DNA of 64,000 nt, from NCBI GenBank assembly GCA_028023455.1, contig JAQFVV010000001.1, forward strand, positions 27,218,001 to 27,282,000, given 5' to 3'. Below, one piece after another: positions 41,978 through 55,304 of this stretch (position 1 is its first letter; every line of letters begins with the position of its first letter). The notes under the pieces are model-generated. The model made no database searches. It was not told the origin of the DNA and saw only the letters and a list, made by a program, of their open reading frames with translations. The position numbers and the translations under genes were made by a program. This DNA is from Epiperipatus broadwayi. Its lineage: Eukaryota; Animalia; Onychophora.

Positions 41978-42424
41978 TCAGGATTCTATGGAATAAAGTA
42001 CTGACAAATGTCCTGTAGCAGGCGGCATTATTTGATTTAAAACATCTGTCTTGGCCTCTGCGGTTCTTTGACAGCATGGGCACTCTTGAGCTATAGGAGC
42101 TACATCTCTCTGCATGGCGAAGAGTTGAGCTGAAGATGGAGGGGAAGGCAGCTTAGGTCGCTCTACCCAAAACCCATTTTAAAAATCAAAAGGACATGAA
42201 GTCGGTTTAGCAGCAATTGACTGAACTCTCATACAATAGATTTTCAACCCTATTTATACCAGTTTTGGGTTATTCAAAGAATGTTTTTAATTAAACTTCT
42301 TAACTCTAACTGAATCTTTAATTTACAGAAATATTTTCTCTACTGTTATTGGACATGCAATCGCAAGATTATTGTCCAAAAATAAATTCAAATCAATTTC
42401 CAGATTGGAAATAGATTTGATCAA
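41978..42424 (-). pseudogene. Degraded antisense ORF within C1, unknown protein
   Basis: One frame of 149 codons with four internal TAA. The last 66 codons are open (NGFWVERPKLPSPPSSAQLFAMQRDVAPIAQECPCCQRT...). Confidence 0.5.
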
Positions 42425-45400
42425 TTAGCTTTGTTTTAAATTTTACTTTCATTAACTTTAATTTAAAAATTCCTTTTAAAACCATGAAACAAACTAATGT
42501 TCCCACCCCTTTAATTACTCTTGGACAGTGAACGATTGCATCTTACATCTTGACTTTTTGTGTAATTATATGAAGAAAAATAATTACAAAGTATTAAAAA
42601 TATAATTAAGAAAAAAAAATACAAAATTATTTACAATATTTGTTTGTGCTTTTATATATATAAAAGCTCCGTTAATATATGTACATATCTGAGTCGCATC
42701 TAGAGACATTAATATCAAAATAATTAAAGAATTTTTATTTAAAATTTATATTTATAACTTTTATAGACGTTTCTCAGAAATATACGTATGGTTTATATAC
42801 ATGTGGAAAAAAAAAAAGTAGGATGAAACATGGTTTGTGGTAGAACAGTGCAACTCTATCTTGAACTAAGGTCGACTGTTTCAATACTTAACCTTATAAG
42901 ATCAAAACAGTTATAAGAAACACCATATATGGTAAGATATATAAAAACTTCAAAATCAAAAGTGGTACATAAATCCCTCAAACCAAAAATTGGCATTCTA
43001 GTGTAGAGGTAATTTAGAGACTCCTGCCTCTGTAAGCTGAAAGCAGAACTAGAGGTTGTCAGTATAGGTCACCTCGACCTTTTATTATTTTATTGTGCCT
43101 TAATAGGCTGTATAAATAAGTGAATTATTAACTATCTACTACTACCTTATCAATTACTTGTTGTTGCTTACTGGATGCAGAAAATTGGTGCAGTCACAAC
43201 AAGATTTGAACTATAAATAATTACATGAATCAACCAATCAAAATAACAGGGAAAATGGCAGGAATATACACATTGGAATGTGAATTCAATGTTGATAATC
43301 TAAGTGATTGGCCATTATACTACTTTCACAGGATAAAAAAATTACTTTGTATTAAATAACATTACTGAAAGTACAATAAAAGAAGTTTCCCTACTCTGCT
43401 TCACAGGTTAAAGGGTAGTCAAGATAGCCAACAAACTGTATGAACACGAATCACTAGAAAAACAACTGTTAGATTCTAAATTAAATAATTATTTCAATCC
43501 CCAATCATCTAAGTTCATCACTTGTTTGCATTTTAGGAGGAGATGACAAGAAAAAAAATAAAAGACATGACCTGAAAGATGAAAAAACCATGCCTTTATG
43601 TCAAATACTTAGAGGAAGCTCTCCTTGAGCAACTATTACATGGGTTGATGGATTATCAGTTTAGATAAATACTACTAATACTAAAGCCCTAATCGAGAAA
43701 GAAGCAATTAGATGTGGAATATCCCATGAACTTCTATTTAACTAAGTGAGTTCAAAAGATTTACAGAACCAGAACCACTTTAAACAATGATTTATAAAAC
43801 ATTGAGGGATGAAACTGAAACTAATAAACAAATAAAATGCTTCCAATGTGGAAAAATTGATCACAAAGCCATGTTTGCAGTAAGCAGAAATATGAAACTT
43901 AAACTATAATGACTGATAATCCTGAAAAAGGGCATCACCATACAGACAAAAGATTGAATGAAAAATTTATTTGTGGTTTGATGAGAAGTAAAAGCAGATT
44001 TCTAAAAAACACTATCACAGACAAATTGGATCAGATTACGCTAAAAGTAAAAATAATCAGAAAAATAACCATGGAAATAGATAATGGGGCATGTCATTGA
44101 TGAAAGTCAAGCATTGGTAAAAATTAATCAAGGATCAGTCATTCCCAAAATAGAGAAAAATTTCACCTAAAGGTCTGAACATAACCAAGTAGAGGTTAAG
44201 AAAGAAAATGAAACACTAACATTGTACATAGTAAATGGGAGAGTTAATCCCATCATAAGCTGAGAACAGTTTACATCCCCGGGCATAAGGGTATCCATTG
44301 TTAAGAAGATTAATTTAGAATTGGAAGTTAAAAGTAAGGATTACAATTTATTCAAAAAGGAATGGGAAAACCGAAGACCATTACCAAATCTTGGAAGGTG
44401 CCACTAACCCAGCAAAAAAAGGTCAAAGGAAAGTTGGTCAACTAATAGAACAGAAAATTCTGTAACTAGTTGAGAATGCAGTGGGCCACTCTGATAATAG
44501 TGGTAGAAGGAGAGAACAGAAAACAAAGAATATGTGGTGACTATTATATCACCATGAACAAATATTTAAACACAAGTCGATACCCAAACCTGAACTTAAG
44601 AGAAGTCCTAGTTTCCATGGAACAAGTTATGCATTTTGCCAAATTAGGTTTGAACAGTGCATTCCACCAAATGCCTCATTACTGAGGAAACAGCTGAAAT
44701 TTTAACAATCATTATCCATAGAGGCTTATTCAATTATAATTGCATACCCTTTGGAATCACCACAGCTCTGAATACATTCCAGGCCTAAATGGACTTGTTA
44801 CTCAGTGGTATGGAGTGATTCCGTATTTTGATAACATTTTAATAACAGCAAACACCAAAAAAATACTGAAAGCCCAAGTAATGAAAACCTGCGAACAACT
44901 TATCAGCTCTGAGTTAGATTGAATCCAGAGAATGTATTTAGAATATGAAAGAGCTAAAATCCCTGACACATTATCAGTAAGCAAGAGAAAAAAAACTCAC
45001 ATTGAATGAAATGAGAGCCATAAAGAAAGCATCATGATAGGGAAATGTTAAAAAGCTGCAAGCATTTCTTGAGCTACTAAACTATTTTAAAACCATTCTA
45101 AAGGGTAAGGCTCACATTGCCCAACCTTTATACAACCTGTTAAGAAAAAAATCAAACAAGGAACTGAGGACCCAATCAAGAAAAAGCATTTGAATAAATT
45201 AAGACTTTATTAGCCTCTGAAAGCCTCCTCATTCTTTATGATAAGCAAGAGGTCACACAAACAACAGATGCACTGGAATATGGAATTAGAACCATACTAT
45301 GTGATCCTTCAAAACTTGGCAATTGCTATAGCACACACCTCCTGAATGCTATCTGCTGAGAGATATTACAGCCAGCTTGATAAAGAAGTACTAGCCATAA

Positions 45401-45464
45401 TATTTGAGATAAAAATGTTTCATCAATATCTCTATGGATGAATTTAAAATTATCATTAGAATAC

Positions 45465-45630
45465 TGGAGAAAGATCAAACAGCTCTGGACCACCTAAACA
45501 TTCGAATGATTTGTTGATTAGAATTCCTATCAGAGTATGATTATGATTGGAGAAAGATCAAACAGCTCTGGATCACCTAAACCTTCAAATGATTTGTTGA
45601 TTAGAATTCCTATCAGAGTATGATTATGAT
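45465..45630. repeat. 83-bp tandem duplication inside Gypsy pol
   Basis: Units 45465-45547 and 45548-45630, 3 differences. Confidence 0.95.
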
Positions 45631-47054
45631 CTCACATATGAAAAAGCAAAAAAAATATTGCATGCTGATTGCATTATCTAGATGCCAAATTAAAGCTGAA
45701 ACATTTAGGATAGAAAACTATGTGAATTACATAGGTCATCTAGTATCAAAAACTATCAATAGTTGAACAATAGCAGAATGGACAAATGCAGACTTTGGCT
45801 ATAAAATCCTTAAAAAATTAGATAGAAAGCGGATGGTCTACCAAATGTCCTACATATTTAAAAAAAGTATTGTGGAAATTATGCAAAAGACTGTACATGA
45901 ATAAAAGATGTATTCTGATGAATGAGAAGATATTAATACCCAGTTATAGATATGATAAGATCCTTAGACTTTATATCAAGATTATCTGTGAATAGTTAAG
46001 GCTAAAACCCTGGCATGCAGCTATATATAGTGGCCAGAAATCAATATGGATCTTGAATGACAAGATGTGAAGAATGCCAGGTCATGGCTGACCAACCTCC
46101 AAAAAAATATATTTCATGACTGACTTCTGAGAAAGCATGGGAAAGAATCCACATTGATTATGCTGGATCTTCGATAGAGACATTACTATTTTATGGTAGT
46201 AGATTCACTTAGATGTTGGGCAGAATGCAGGGTGATAAAAAGTACTAGTGCACCTGCAATTATTTAGGAATTTAAATATTTGCAACACAGATGAACACCA
46301 GAGATTGTCATGTCAGATAATGGTGCTTTCTGCTCAGAGTTCAAATATTTCATGAATGAATAGGGATAAACACAGAAGATAACCAACATACAAGCCCAAG
46401 TCTAATAGAATCACAGAGAAAGCAATTCAAAATATGAAAAAAACCTTAAGCAAGGTTAAAACCAAGATTGTATATGAATTCTTATTTAAAATAGAATTCC
46501 ATCAATATTGCACACAATCTATTGCCACTGGAAAAATCCCAGCTGAACTATTGGCTGGAAGGAAACTAAGGAATAAATTATAAATTCTGCTACCAACTCA
46601 ACAGAGTGAGGAAGAGCAAGCAATTACAAGAAATAAATTCAAAATAAGTCACAATGATTGATCACTTAATAATCCAAAGAACAATTGAGAGAAAGCAACT
46701 ATCATGAGAAATATCACAAACCAACTGCCAGAATTTGAAACTGAAAGAAGTGTGAAACTCCAAAAACATAGAAATCAACTAAAAAGATGTTATTCATCAA
46801 ATGCTATTAATGAAATCTCTGAAGAAACCAGTAACAACAATGAAGTAGAAGTTACAGTACCCATCAGTTCAGTGATTCACAACACAAAAGAAAGCATGAT
46901 AATGAGAGATTCTATCAATGAAATGTTAGCCGGCCCAAAGTCACTACTGAAGCACAACACATACCATCAGTATCTAAAAAGAATGAGAAACCCTCCCTCC
47001 ATTTCAGAGACTATGTTAGATAAAGATCTATACTCCTGAAATGGGGGAGAAGTG

Positions 47055-47655
47055 CAATGTCCAAAGGAAAGTATTTTGTAATAAATACATGTAATAAAAT
47101 GTATAATTATTATGGTAGTAAGTACTTATAATAAAAATTGTGGTAATTATGTATAATAATTATAATAGTAGTTATAAGTGTAATAATTATGTATAATGGT
47201 CTAAAGTATGTGTAAGTACATATAGTAATAAAAAATCTAAGTATAAACAGACTATGATGGCTTGAAGCAGGAAACGTAAACTATTGAAATGAAGAATGTA
47301 CTGAAATAGCAAAGTTGTTAGATCATGCAATTGTAGTAAAGAATTACATACCTAACCTTCTAAGGTCAAACAGTTATAAAAAACACCATATATGGTAAGA
47401 CCTGTAAAGACTCCAGAAGTCTAAAGTGATATACGAACTCAAAATTGGCATTCTGACAATGAGGTAATTCAGATTCCAATCTCTGTAAGTTGAAAGCAGA
47501 ACTAAGGTTGATGTACAGATCACCTCAACCTTTTATTTTGTTGCACCTTAAACAGAGTATAAAATTAGGTAAATATTCCCTGCATTAAATAAATGAATTA
47601 TTAACAATCTACTACTGCCTTCTTAATTATTACTTGTTGCTCTCTGGATGCAGCA
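47055..47655 (+). repeat. 3' LTR of Gypsy element 2 (~600 bp)
   Basis: TG after PPT, ends ggatgcagCA, matches the split 5' LTR. Confidence 0.8.
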
Positions 47656-48299
47656 ATAGTAATATCTCTGCTCTCTATATAAAATTGGGTTTTTGTACAA
47701 CAAAAATAGCTTGATAAATGGATGTCACTTATCAAACCATTTTGTATTGGCAAAATGATTAAAGAAATGACTACATAGAAGATTAAATTAAAGAAAGCAT
47801 AAAGACAGATGAAATTCATATAGTAATAATACAGCCAAATGCTACAGTTTTAACAGCGCATTATCTGTGTTTAAAAATCCAAGACTGAATCATGCATGTT
47901 AGATAAAAGGTTAAGTATTTAAATGGACTTAATCTACCAATAAAGCTGTTTGCTTTACTAATTTCAAACAAGAGAAACCATAACGAAGTTTTATAAAGAT
48001 ATGATGAAGAACAAATGTGTCATCTGAAGAGTATAAGTATTACTAGAAGAATGATAAATCTCAAATTATGCAAATTTCCAACTAGTATTGCGTTATTATA
48101 ATTTGTAAAACTCCAATTTTGATTAAAATCCTTTACGATAACATAAAACAGCATTTATGTGTAAAAAAATATAAATTACTGAGTGATTAATATTGATGAG
48201 AATACTATGCAGTTGTACAGTATTTAAAGTCAGCAAATCTTTTCTAGTTGAGTAGCTACATATTACAACTTGATTTCGACATTATGCATACATATTTGA

Positions 48300-49100
48300 C
48301 ATTTTATGCATTTTTTAGTTTTTTCCCCACCCCAAAAATACTATTATACATATTACGACATATTCACTATAATTCCAAATTTTAACGATTCCTTTTTTTA
48401 AAAATAAAGAGGTAAGTTTATGAAATTATAAAAAATAACATGATCTTTTTGCAATCAATACATATTTTAATTAGGCAGTAGTGTGTTATAATCTACTGAC
48501 GACATTTCATTATCACCAGACGTAATTTATTCTAGTTCTAACTTCAAGCACCAAGAAAAATCGAAAAGTTTTGCACCTAAAATAATTACGGATCACTTTA
48601 GAAACAATTTTATATACGGTATATAAAAAAATAATTTCAATAATATATATAATTCTTTTTTATTTTAGTTTAATTCAAGATCAATATATATATATATTAT
48701 TTGCTATAAATTTATAAACATAAATAATTTTCAATTGGACAAAAAAAAAAAAATTAAATACGAAACAAATGTAAAGATAGAACGCTTAATATCATGGCTG
48801 ACACTTGCTAATTTACTAGTCCGATTTTTCGTTGAATGCTAATTAAAGCTATTTCTCACCTTAATTTGTACAAGCGAGCTTGTCATTTTGTTTTAAGAAG
48901 TTATTCATTTTATATGCAAAGGTAATTTTTTTTCTTCAAGAATTTCTCTAAGCTTAAATTTTATTTTTTAAATATATTACTTTTTTTTAATTTTATTTGT
49001 ATACTATTATTCTACATATGTTATAAAGGAATGTAAAACTATTTCATTCATTGAATAAAAGATTCGAGTTTTCTTCTGTTGATCGAGAAATGAAATTTTA
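48300..49100. promoter_or_regulatory. CpG-retaining island, possible promoter/5' exons of a minus-strand gene
   Basis: Local CpG retention, donor AAG|GTGAGA at ~48860 and acceptor ttttAG| at ~48577 on the minus strand. No sustained ORF. Confidence 0.3.
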
Positions 49101-51939
49101 GCTATAAAAATTTTTTTTCTTTGTTTTTGTATTATTTTACTAGTTATGATTATCATCTATAATATTATAAAACGATATATAAATTAACAAAAAATATGTA
49201 ATAGAATTAATAGAAGGAAAGTTATTTATTCTTAATGGAAGGGAAGTTATTTATCTTTTTATGTGAATATTTTTCTAGTTTTTAAAATATATTTTTATAT
49301 CTTTAAAAAATTTTAATTTGATATCTTTTACGTTTGGAAGGGGCAATTTTAGATAACTAAAAATTGATGAGTAATGGCAAATCTGATTTTGATTTAATTA
49401 ATGATAATAAAATAAAAGGGAGAACATGATTAAAAATTAACTTATGTGAGAATAGATTTTAAATGGAATATTTGATTATTATTTGATAAATTATTAATAT
49501 TGTGACAATACAATTAATTGTATATTTATAATATTGAGAAATGATAATATATAAAATATTCTTAAACGTTTTTAATGAAAATGCAAGCATATAGCATATA
49601 TATGTTGATATATATATATATGTGTTTATTATATATAAATGTGCGTATATTTATAATTTATATGTGTACTAGGTGGCTGGTCCTCCTTGTCTCTTTTACC
49701 CCAGGGCACACTCCGCTCAACCCCATCCTTTAAACAGAGCTTATAGAAAATATTTATTTCTAACACTTCTTTCGATACAATCTGTATATAGAAGGTTTTT
49801 GAAAATCTTAACCATATTACATTAAAGTTGGATAAAATTAGAAAATGACATCAAACACATATATGTAAGATTTAAAATAACCCATTTTAACACTGCATAA
49901 AATCATCACATGATTTTTAGCGAAACTTCATAGGATAGATTATATTGCCGAATTCTATTTTGAAAGCAGATTATGTATTAACAAAGAAAAGAAAGATTGA
50001 AAGAATACAATAACAAAGAATATATTATAAATGTTATGAAATTATTTTTTTCAAAAGACAAACAAAAAAAAAAAAAAAAACGCTAAAAGATTATTTTAAG
50101 CTGGTTTTCAACTTTCAATCTCAGCAATAAAGACTCTAGAGGAACTTTTAATTTAAAGAAATTAAAAACTAAAAACTATAAATTACATTTATATATTTTA
50201 ATAAAAACTACAAAATTGATTTAAAATGGTCACTTCTATTACCTATTTCCAGTACTTACTTCCATTACCAACTTCTTTCACTTATGATTTTATATTCATA
50301 GAGTAGTTATGTTATTTTCTAAAATTGAAAAGTGTGAAATTCAATTCTCTTTGGAACCATTCACACCAAAATGAAAATTGAAATCAAAGCCTGTAAATAA
50401 CGTTGACATGATCATATAAAAATGTTTGAAAAATCAGAAAATAATATTTATTTATTTAATATTTCGTATTTTGAATAATATTTATTTATTTATGTGAATT
50501 AAGAAATGTTATCAGTTATTATTTTTCAAACTTATAATATTAGTTTTGTTAAAGCCTTTATATAAAAAAATTGAAATGTTGGATTCTTTATATATTTTTA
50601 ATTGATTCAGATAATAAATTCAATATTTTACGAAAATTGTATTAGCTTTTAGTAAATATTTATATTAAAGAGAGTTAGTCACTCTGTATTCAAAATATTA
50701 CTTTTATTGTAATATGTAAATACATTCTGTTGAAAAAATAAAAAATAAAGGATAATCCAGATTAATTATTTAGGTTATTTAGTTTTTGCCATATAGTTAC
50801 AGCTATTTTTAAAATTGCATAATCTTTTAAAATTGTATTTTTGTACATAAAATCTAATAGTATAATTTATCATAGTATCCAGTTGTTTATAACTCAAGTA
50901 AGTTCGAGTATCAAACTCAGAATCAATCTAAATAAACCTTTTTTGACTAAGTTTATTTTACCCAATATTTTTAGCCCTCAATTTTTAATTTTAATTCAGT
51001 CTTCATATTTCCATTACTTCTTTCTATTATAGTTGTGTTTTATATATAAATATATATTTAATAATTTATTCCATAACATTTATTTTTACCTTATGATTTT
51101 TGTCCTTCATATGCACTTTCATAAAAAAATATGTAGCTTTTTTTTTTTTTATGTTAGTGGGGAAATCATTTTCTAATCGCAATGCTTTATAAGCTTTTTA
51201 AATGATAATTTTATTTCTCCAAAGTAATATATATATATATTTTGTTATTAATAGCCTTTTTAGATATAAGGAGTTTTTAAATTCTTTTTATTACCACACA
51301 AATGGTCATGATTTAAGTTGTTTTTAAAATATAATTATGTAATTTATTATTTTCAGTGCCATTTTAAACGTTTTTTTCTTCAATGATTTAACTGGTTAGC
51401 CATTTTTTTTCAGAGCACTAATTTTATTTGTATTTTAAAACCAAGTGCTGAATATAAATAAACTATGAAGATAATAGAAATTATATTATGCAAAAATATT
51501 ATGAATCAATTGTATTAAGGTAAATCTGGACAAATGCAGATTCTATATTTATACATGGTGATTAGATTTTAAACTTTTGTATATTTATTTTTTCTCTTTT
51601 ACGAATTTACTATAATAACAAATATGATTAGTAACTCCTTTTCTTTACACTTTATTGAATGTAAATATATTGTTATAGTTTTAATTGTATAGTAATCTAT
51701 CAGAGCTACAAAATATATAAATATATGATTATATAGAAACAATATATTATACTATAATTACATCTAAAGCATGCATAATTCTTTTCTTAACTATAATTAT
51801 ACAAAATATTATATATCTTTATAACTATATTAATCTTAAATTTATATTTCATTATTTTATTAATTATTTATATTATTTTGTCATAAAATCTCTGTACACA
51901 TTTTTATATATAATTTATATTTAATGCCTGTTATTATAT

Positions 51940-54291
51940 TGTAACAGTCATATTTGTACATACAATACAGAGAGCGTACCAATAGCTCAAACAAACTCTT
52001 AATTAATATGTGCAGTATGAGAAAATATTTAAAATCTCTATCTAGAACACTCATCTCCAGACCAATTGGTTTAGAGCTTATGGCACATCAGTGGAGAGCT
52101 TGTAATTACAAGCTTATAAAAGTAATGTCACATTATATATGACTTGCTTTATTAATTATTATATTTGTACATTCGTGCAACAAAATCCAGAGTTTTAATA
52201 AATTATCCCAAGGCTGATCAAGATGAGGTTGTTGAGACCTCGAATCCAATCTCACTCCAGTTACTTTACTAACGCTTAAAGATTTACCATCGTATAGATG
52301 ACATATATGAGGCTACACTCGTATCTTTTCAATTCGCATACTGCCAGTAACAGTGGAGCATGAGACTAAAACTTATTAAACTAACACATTCCCAAAATAT
52401 AGCTATATAGAGGTATGACTTGACAAACAGATATCAATAATTTTGGTTTGTGATTCTTAATTAAATAATGAATAGTCAATAATTAAATGATGAGCAAAAA
52501 ATGAGACACGAATCGTAATTATATTTTAATAAAATTTAATATAAGCCAAATTTAATAAAATAAAATAAAATAAAATCAATGTTAAATGAAATACGTGAAA
52601 TTATCTCACTCACAGATGAGAATGATGCTGTTCGACTTGGAATTTATTGTTACAATTTTCAGATATTTATTTGTGTTTAATTCATGACTACCTATGCCTT
52701 AATTATACTATGTCATAGAGTATAAGATTTGCATTAGTTAGATTGCAGAAGTGATTATTATGAATTATAACTAATATTCTCATTTTAATGAGCTAAACAT
52801 TTCTCTATATAGATAATAGACTTAAGAAACCCGATTCAATTTTAGATCAAAGCTGAAATATTTAATTACTATGGCGGGATGAACTGGTGATTAGCAGTAT
52901 GATTTCAGATACTATGGCATTTATAAAATACATAATCTGAATCTGTACGCCTCGAATGTGTGCTTGATCATGGTATTCATTACCGGGTAATCGGTTCTCT
53001 TGGATCATACTACTTGCTATGAATAAGAGACATTTAGTCTGGGTGATCGGAACAGCTTATATTATATCTGGATTCTTGTTCTCCAGTCCTAAATAAAGAT
53101 CATGGGGTGGCCTTAAAATCAAAGCCCATTTTAACAAAAGAGCTGTCCGAACTAACGAAATGGGTTGACCTTAAACCAAGCCCATTTAATACATAAAATA
53201 CAGCAAGGAGTATAGGCGTATTTGCTTCCTAAGAACACATTTGCTCCGCTGACTACATCATTACATAACTAAAATTATGACGCAAATCATTAGTTTCATT
53301 TCATGAAACCACCTCAAACCAGTTCATAAAACGCCATCTGTAATTATGCTCTAAGGGAATATAGTAAATCTAGTTTGTTAAGATACATATATAAGTATTT
53401 ATATAAAATTAATGAGGACTACAGCGTAATTGGGGAAATTACAAGATTAAATATCAATAGTATGCTGCATTTTGTCAAATCTGCTAAATATTAACCCAAT
53501 AGTTTATTTAACAGGAAATCTATTTTTAAGCAGTTGTAACGGCTTAATTACATATATAGAATGTTTTATTTTACTCTTTTCAGAAGGAGTTTAATATGTG
53601 CGTTAATAAATGAAGTATTAAACACATTTGAGAACATCTAATCATTTGTCACTAACTACACCAAATATTGACAAACTCTGTTATGAACAAAACATAGCAT
53701 AAACAAATACATACATAATTCAAGTTATATAGGCGTAGGCTTAATTTTAAAGGAAAGAATAATAACTAATAAGTTATTGATTCACGTAAGTGAAAATTAG
53801 GATTTGGCTTTAGTTTTACTTAGTTAAAGTTAAGTTAGGCAAGACTTACAAATTAAAAAATAAAACAAAATTTACATTTATTTTTAGTTTTTAGAGCTTA
53901 ACATTTGAAGAATTTAAATAAATTAGTTTAAATAAGAGTGGCCATTTACATTAATTTAGCTAGCTTTAAGAGTTGAGGTTTAGTTTAAAATATTTATTAA
54001 GATCTGCAGAAATCGGTTACCGATATAACTTCTATGGCTAACTGAATCATTGCTCACTAATGGAGTGTCTTCTTATTTCTTCTGCATTTGGGCTACTGGT
54101 ATTTATATCTCTGCATCTTGTAGATCAGCCTCCTGGAGATAGATAGCAAATCTATCACCCACTACATAATGGTCCTCATCAAAATTTAATACAACTTTTA
54201 AGAGTTAAAATTGAATAAAAACCCACAATAATTAATAATAATAATAAAATGGCTGAAGCAAGATTTATATACTGACCTCCCCCCTTCTTTC
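51940..54291 (-). mobile_element. Probable related large LTR-like segment (C3) with adjacent polypurine tract
   Basis: ATAT|tgtaacagtca at 51940, same terminal motif as C1/C2/C4. CpG-rich interior. Minus-strand PPT gaaagaaggggggagg at 54276-54291. The right boundary is inferred. Confidence 0.45.
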
Positions 54292-55304
54292 ATCACCCAC
54301 ACAACTTGTTTACCAGTTCTTAAGTTTCAGATCTGTTTTTCTTATTTACTTAGTAAATCTGGTGATTCCTGCTGAGTTATTGATTTTCTTCGCCCTTTTT
54401 TTAAAGGTGGTTCCCTGGATTTTGACACAGTTTATTTAATTTAATTCTAATTTAAAATCTATTTTTGCTTCTAACCTTTAATTAGGTCAAAATCCAGCAA
54501 AAGGGATTAATTTTATTACATTATTTTTTTTTAAGAAAACAAATCTAAAACTCTTAAACAGCTTACTCTATATGTAATACGTTCAACCGAAATTTATCTT
54601 TATATGCAGAAATATAATCTCTATATTAACTTTATAATAAAATTCAAAATAGAACAAAATTTATAATGCTTTTAAATCTATAGCATTATTTCTTTTCTGC
54701 ATATATGTAGGTTTTCATTACACATACAGCAAGGTTTACATTTTTTTTAATAAACAAAAATACATATATGCATATACGCTGATTTATCATACATATATAT
54801 AAGCATTAAACAAGGCACTCTATAATATATGCACTCACGCATGATCATTATAATAATTAAGTTTAAATTTAACATGGTATATTGTACCAGTAAGTTTTGT
54901 CTTCATATAACAAGATCTAGCATCTAGGCAAAAGTACCTCAAGTCCAATCATGCGCAAGATACATAAGTCAGGAACACTCATGAACTCTGCCCTATTTGC
55001 CTATTTTCAAGATCTACCAACTTATGAGCAACAATCCCGATGATACAGATCTAATTTATCTCTCTCCGCCAGTATCGCAAAGTGGAGACACAAAAACTAA
55101 TTTGAAATTATATAACAGAATATTTTAGCATTAAATAGAAGTTTGACCCATTTAAAGGTTGTGACCTTTCATATTAATTATATATAGAGAGGATTAGTGG
55201 GAGATTATCTAGTCAGGGCGAGCATAATTTAATAACTAAAATATTAATATTTAAGTAAAAAGAAACAATGATTCTGTAAGTTATGAGATATATAAGATTT
55301 ATTA

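Larger units (their letters stand above)
39747..42883 (+). mobile_element. 3137-bp TG...CA element with ATAC TSD (solo-LTR-like or unclassified), copy C1
   Basis: Interrupts the Gypsy LTR exactly: ...gaattacATAC|tgtactggtcga ... tcgactgtttca|ATACttaacc. Both ends are similar to 54883-59357. Confidence 0.85.
39594..47655 (+). mobile_element. Ty3/Gypsy element 2; 5' LTR truncated and split by a 3.1-kb insertion
   Basis: 3' LTR 47055-47655 follows PPT gaaatgggggagaag. It matches 39594-39746 plus 42884-43182. PBS-like ttggtgcagtc at 43185. gag MAGIYTLECEFNVDNLSDW; IDNGA protease; RT QRICGDY, PYFDNILI; YSQLDKEVLAIIF; WERIHIDYAG; MSDNG. Confidence 0.9.

Noticed and set aside
49670-49740. Isolated GC-rich patch as an exon
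   Set aside because: Short, with no convincing paired splice sites and no recognisable peptide.
52214-52246. Second hammerhead (ctgatcaagatgagg...cctcgaat)
   Set aside because: The core is not CTGANGA, GAAA is broken, and stems I and III were not found.
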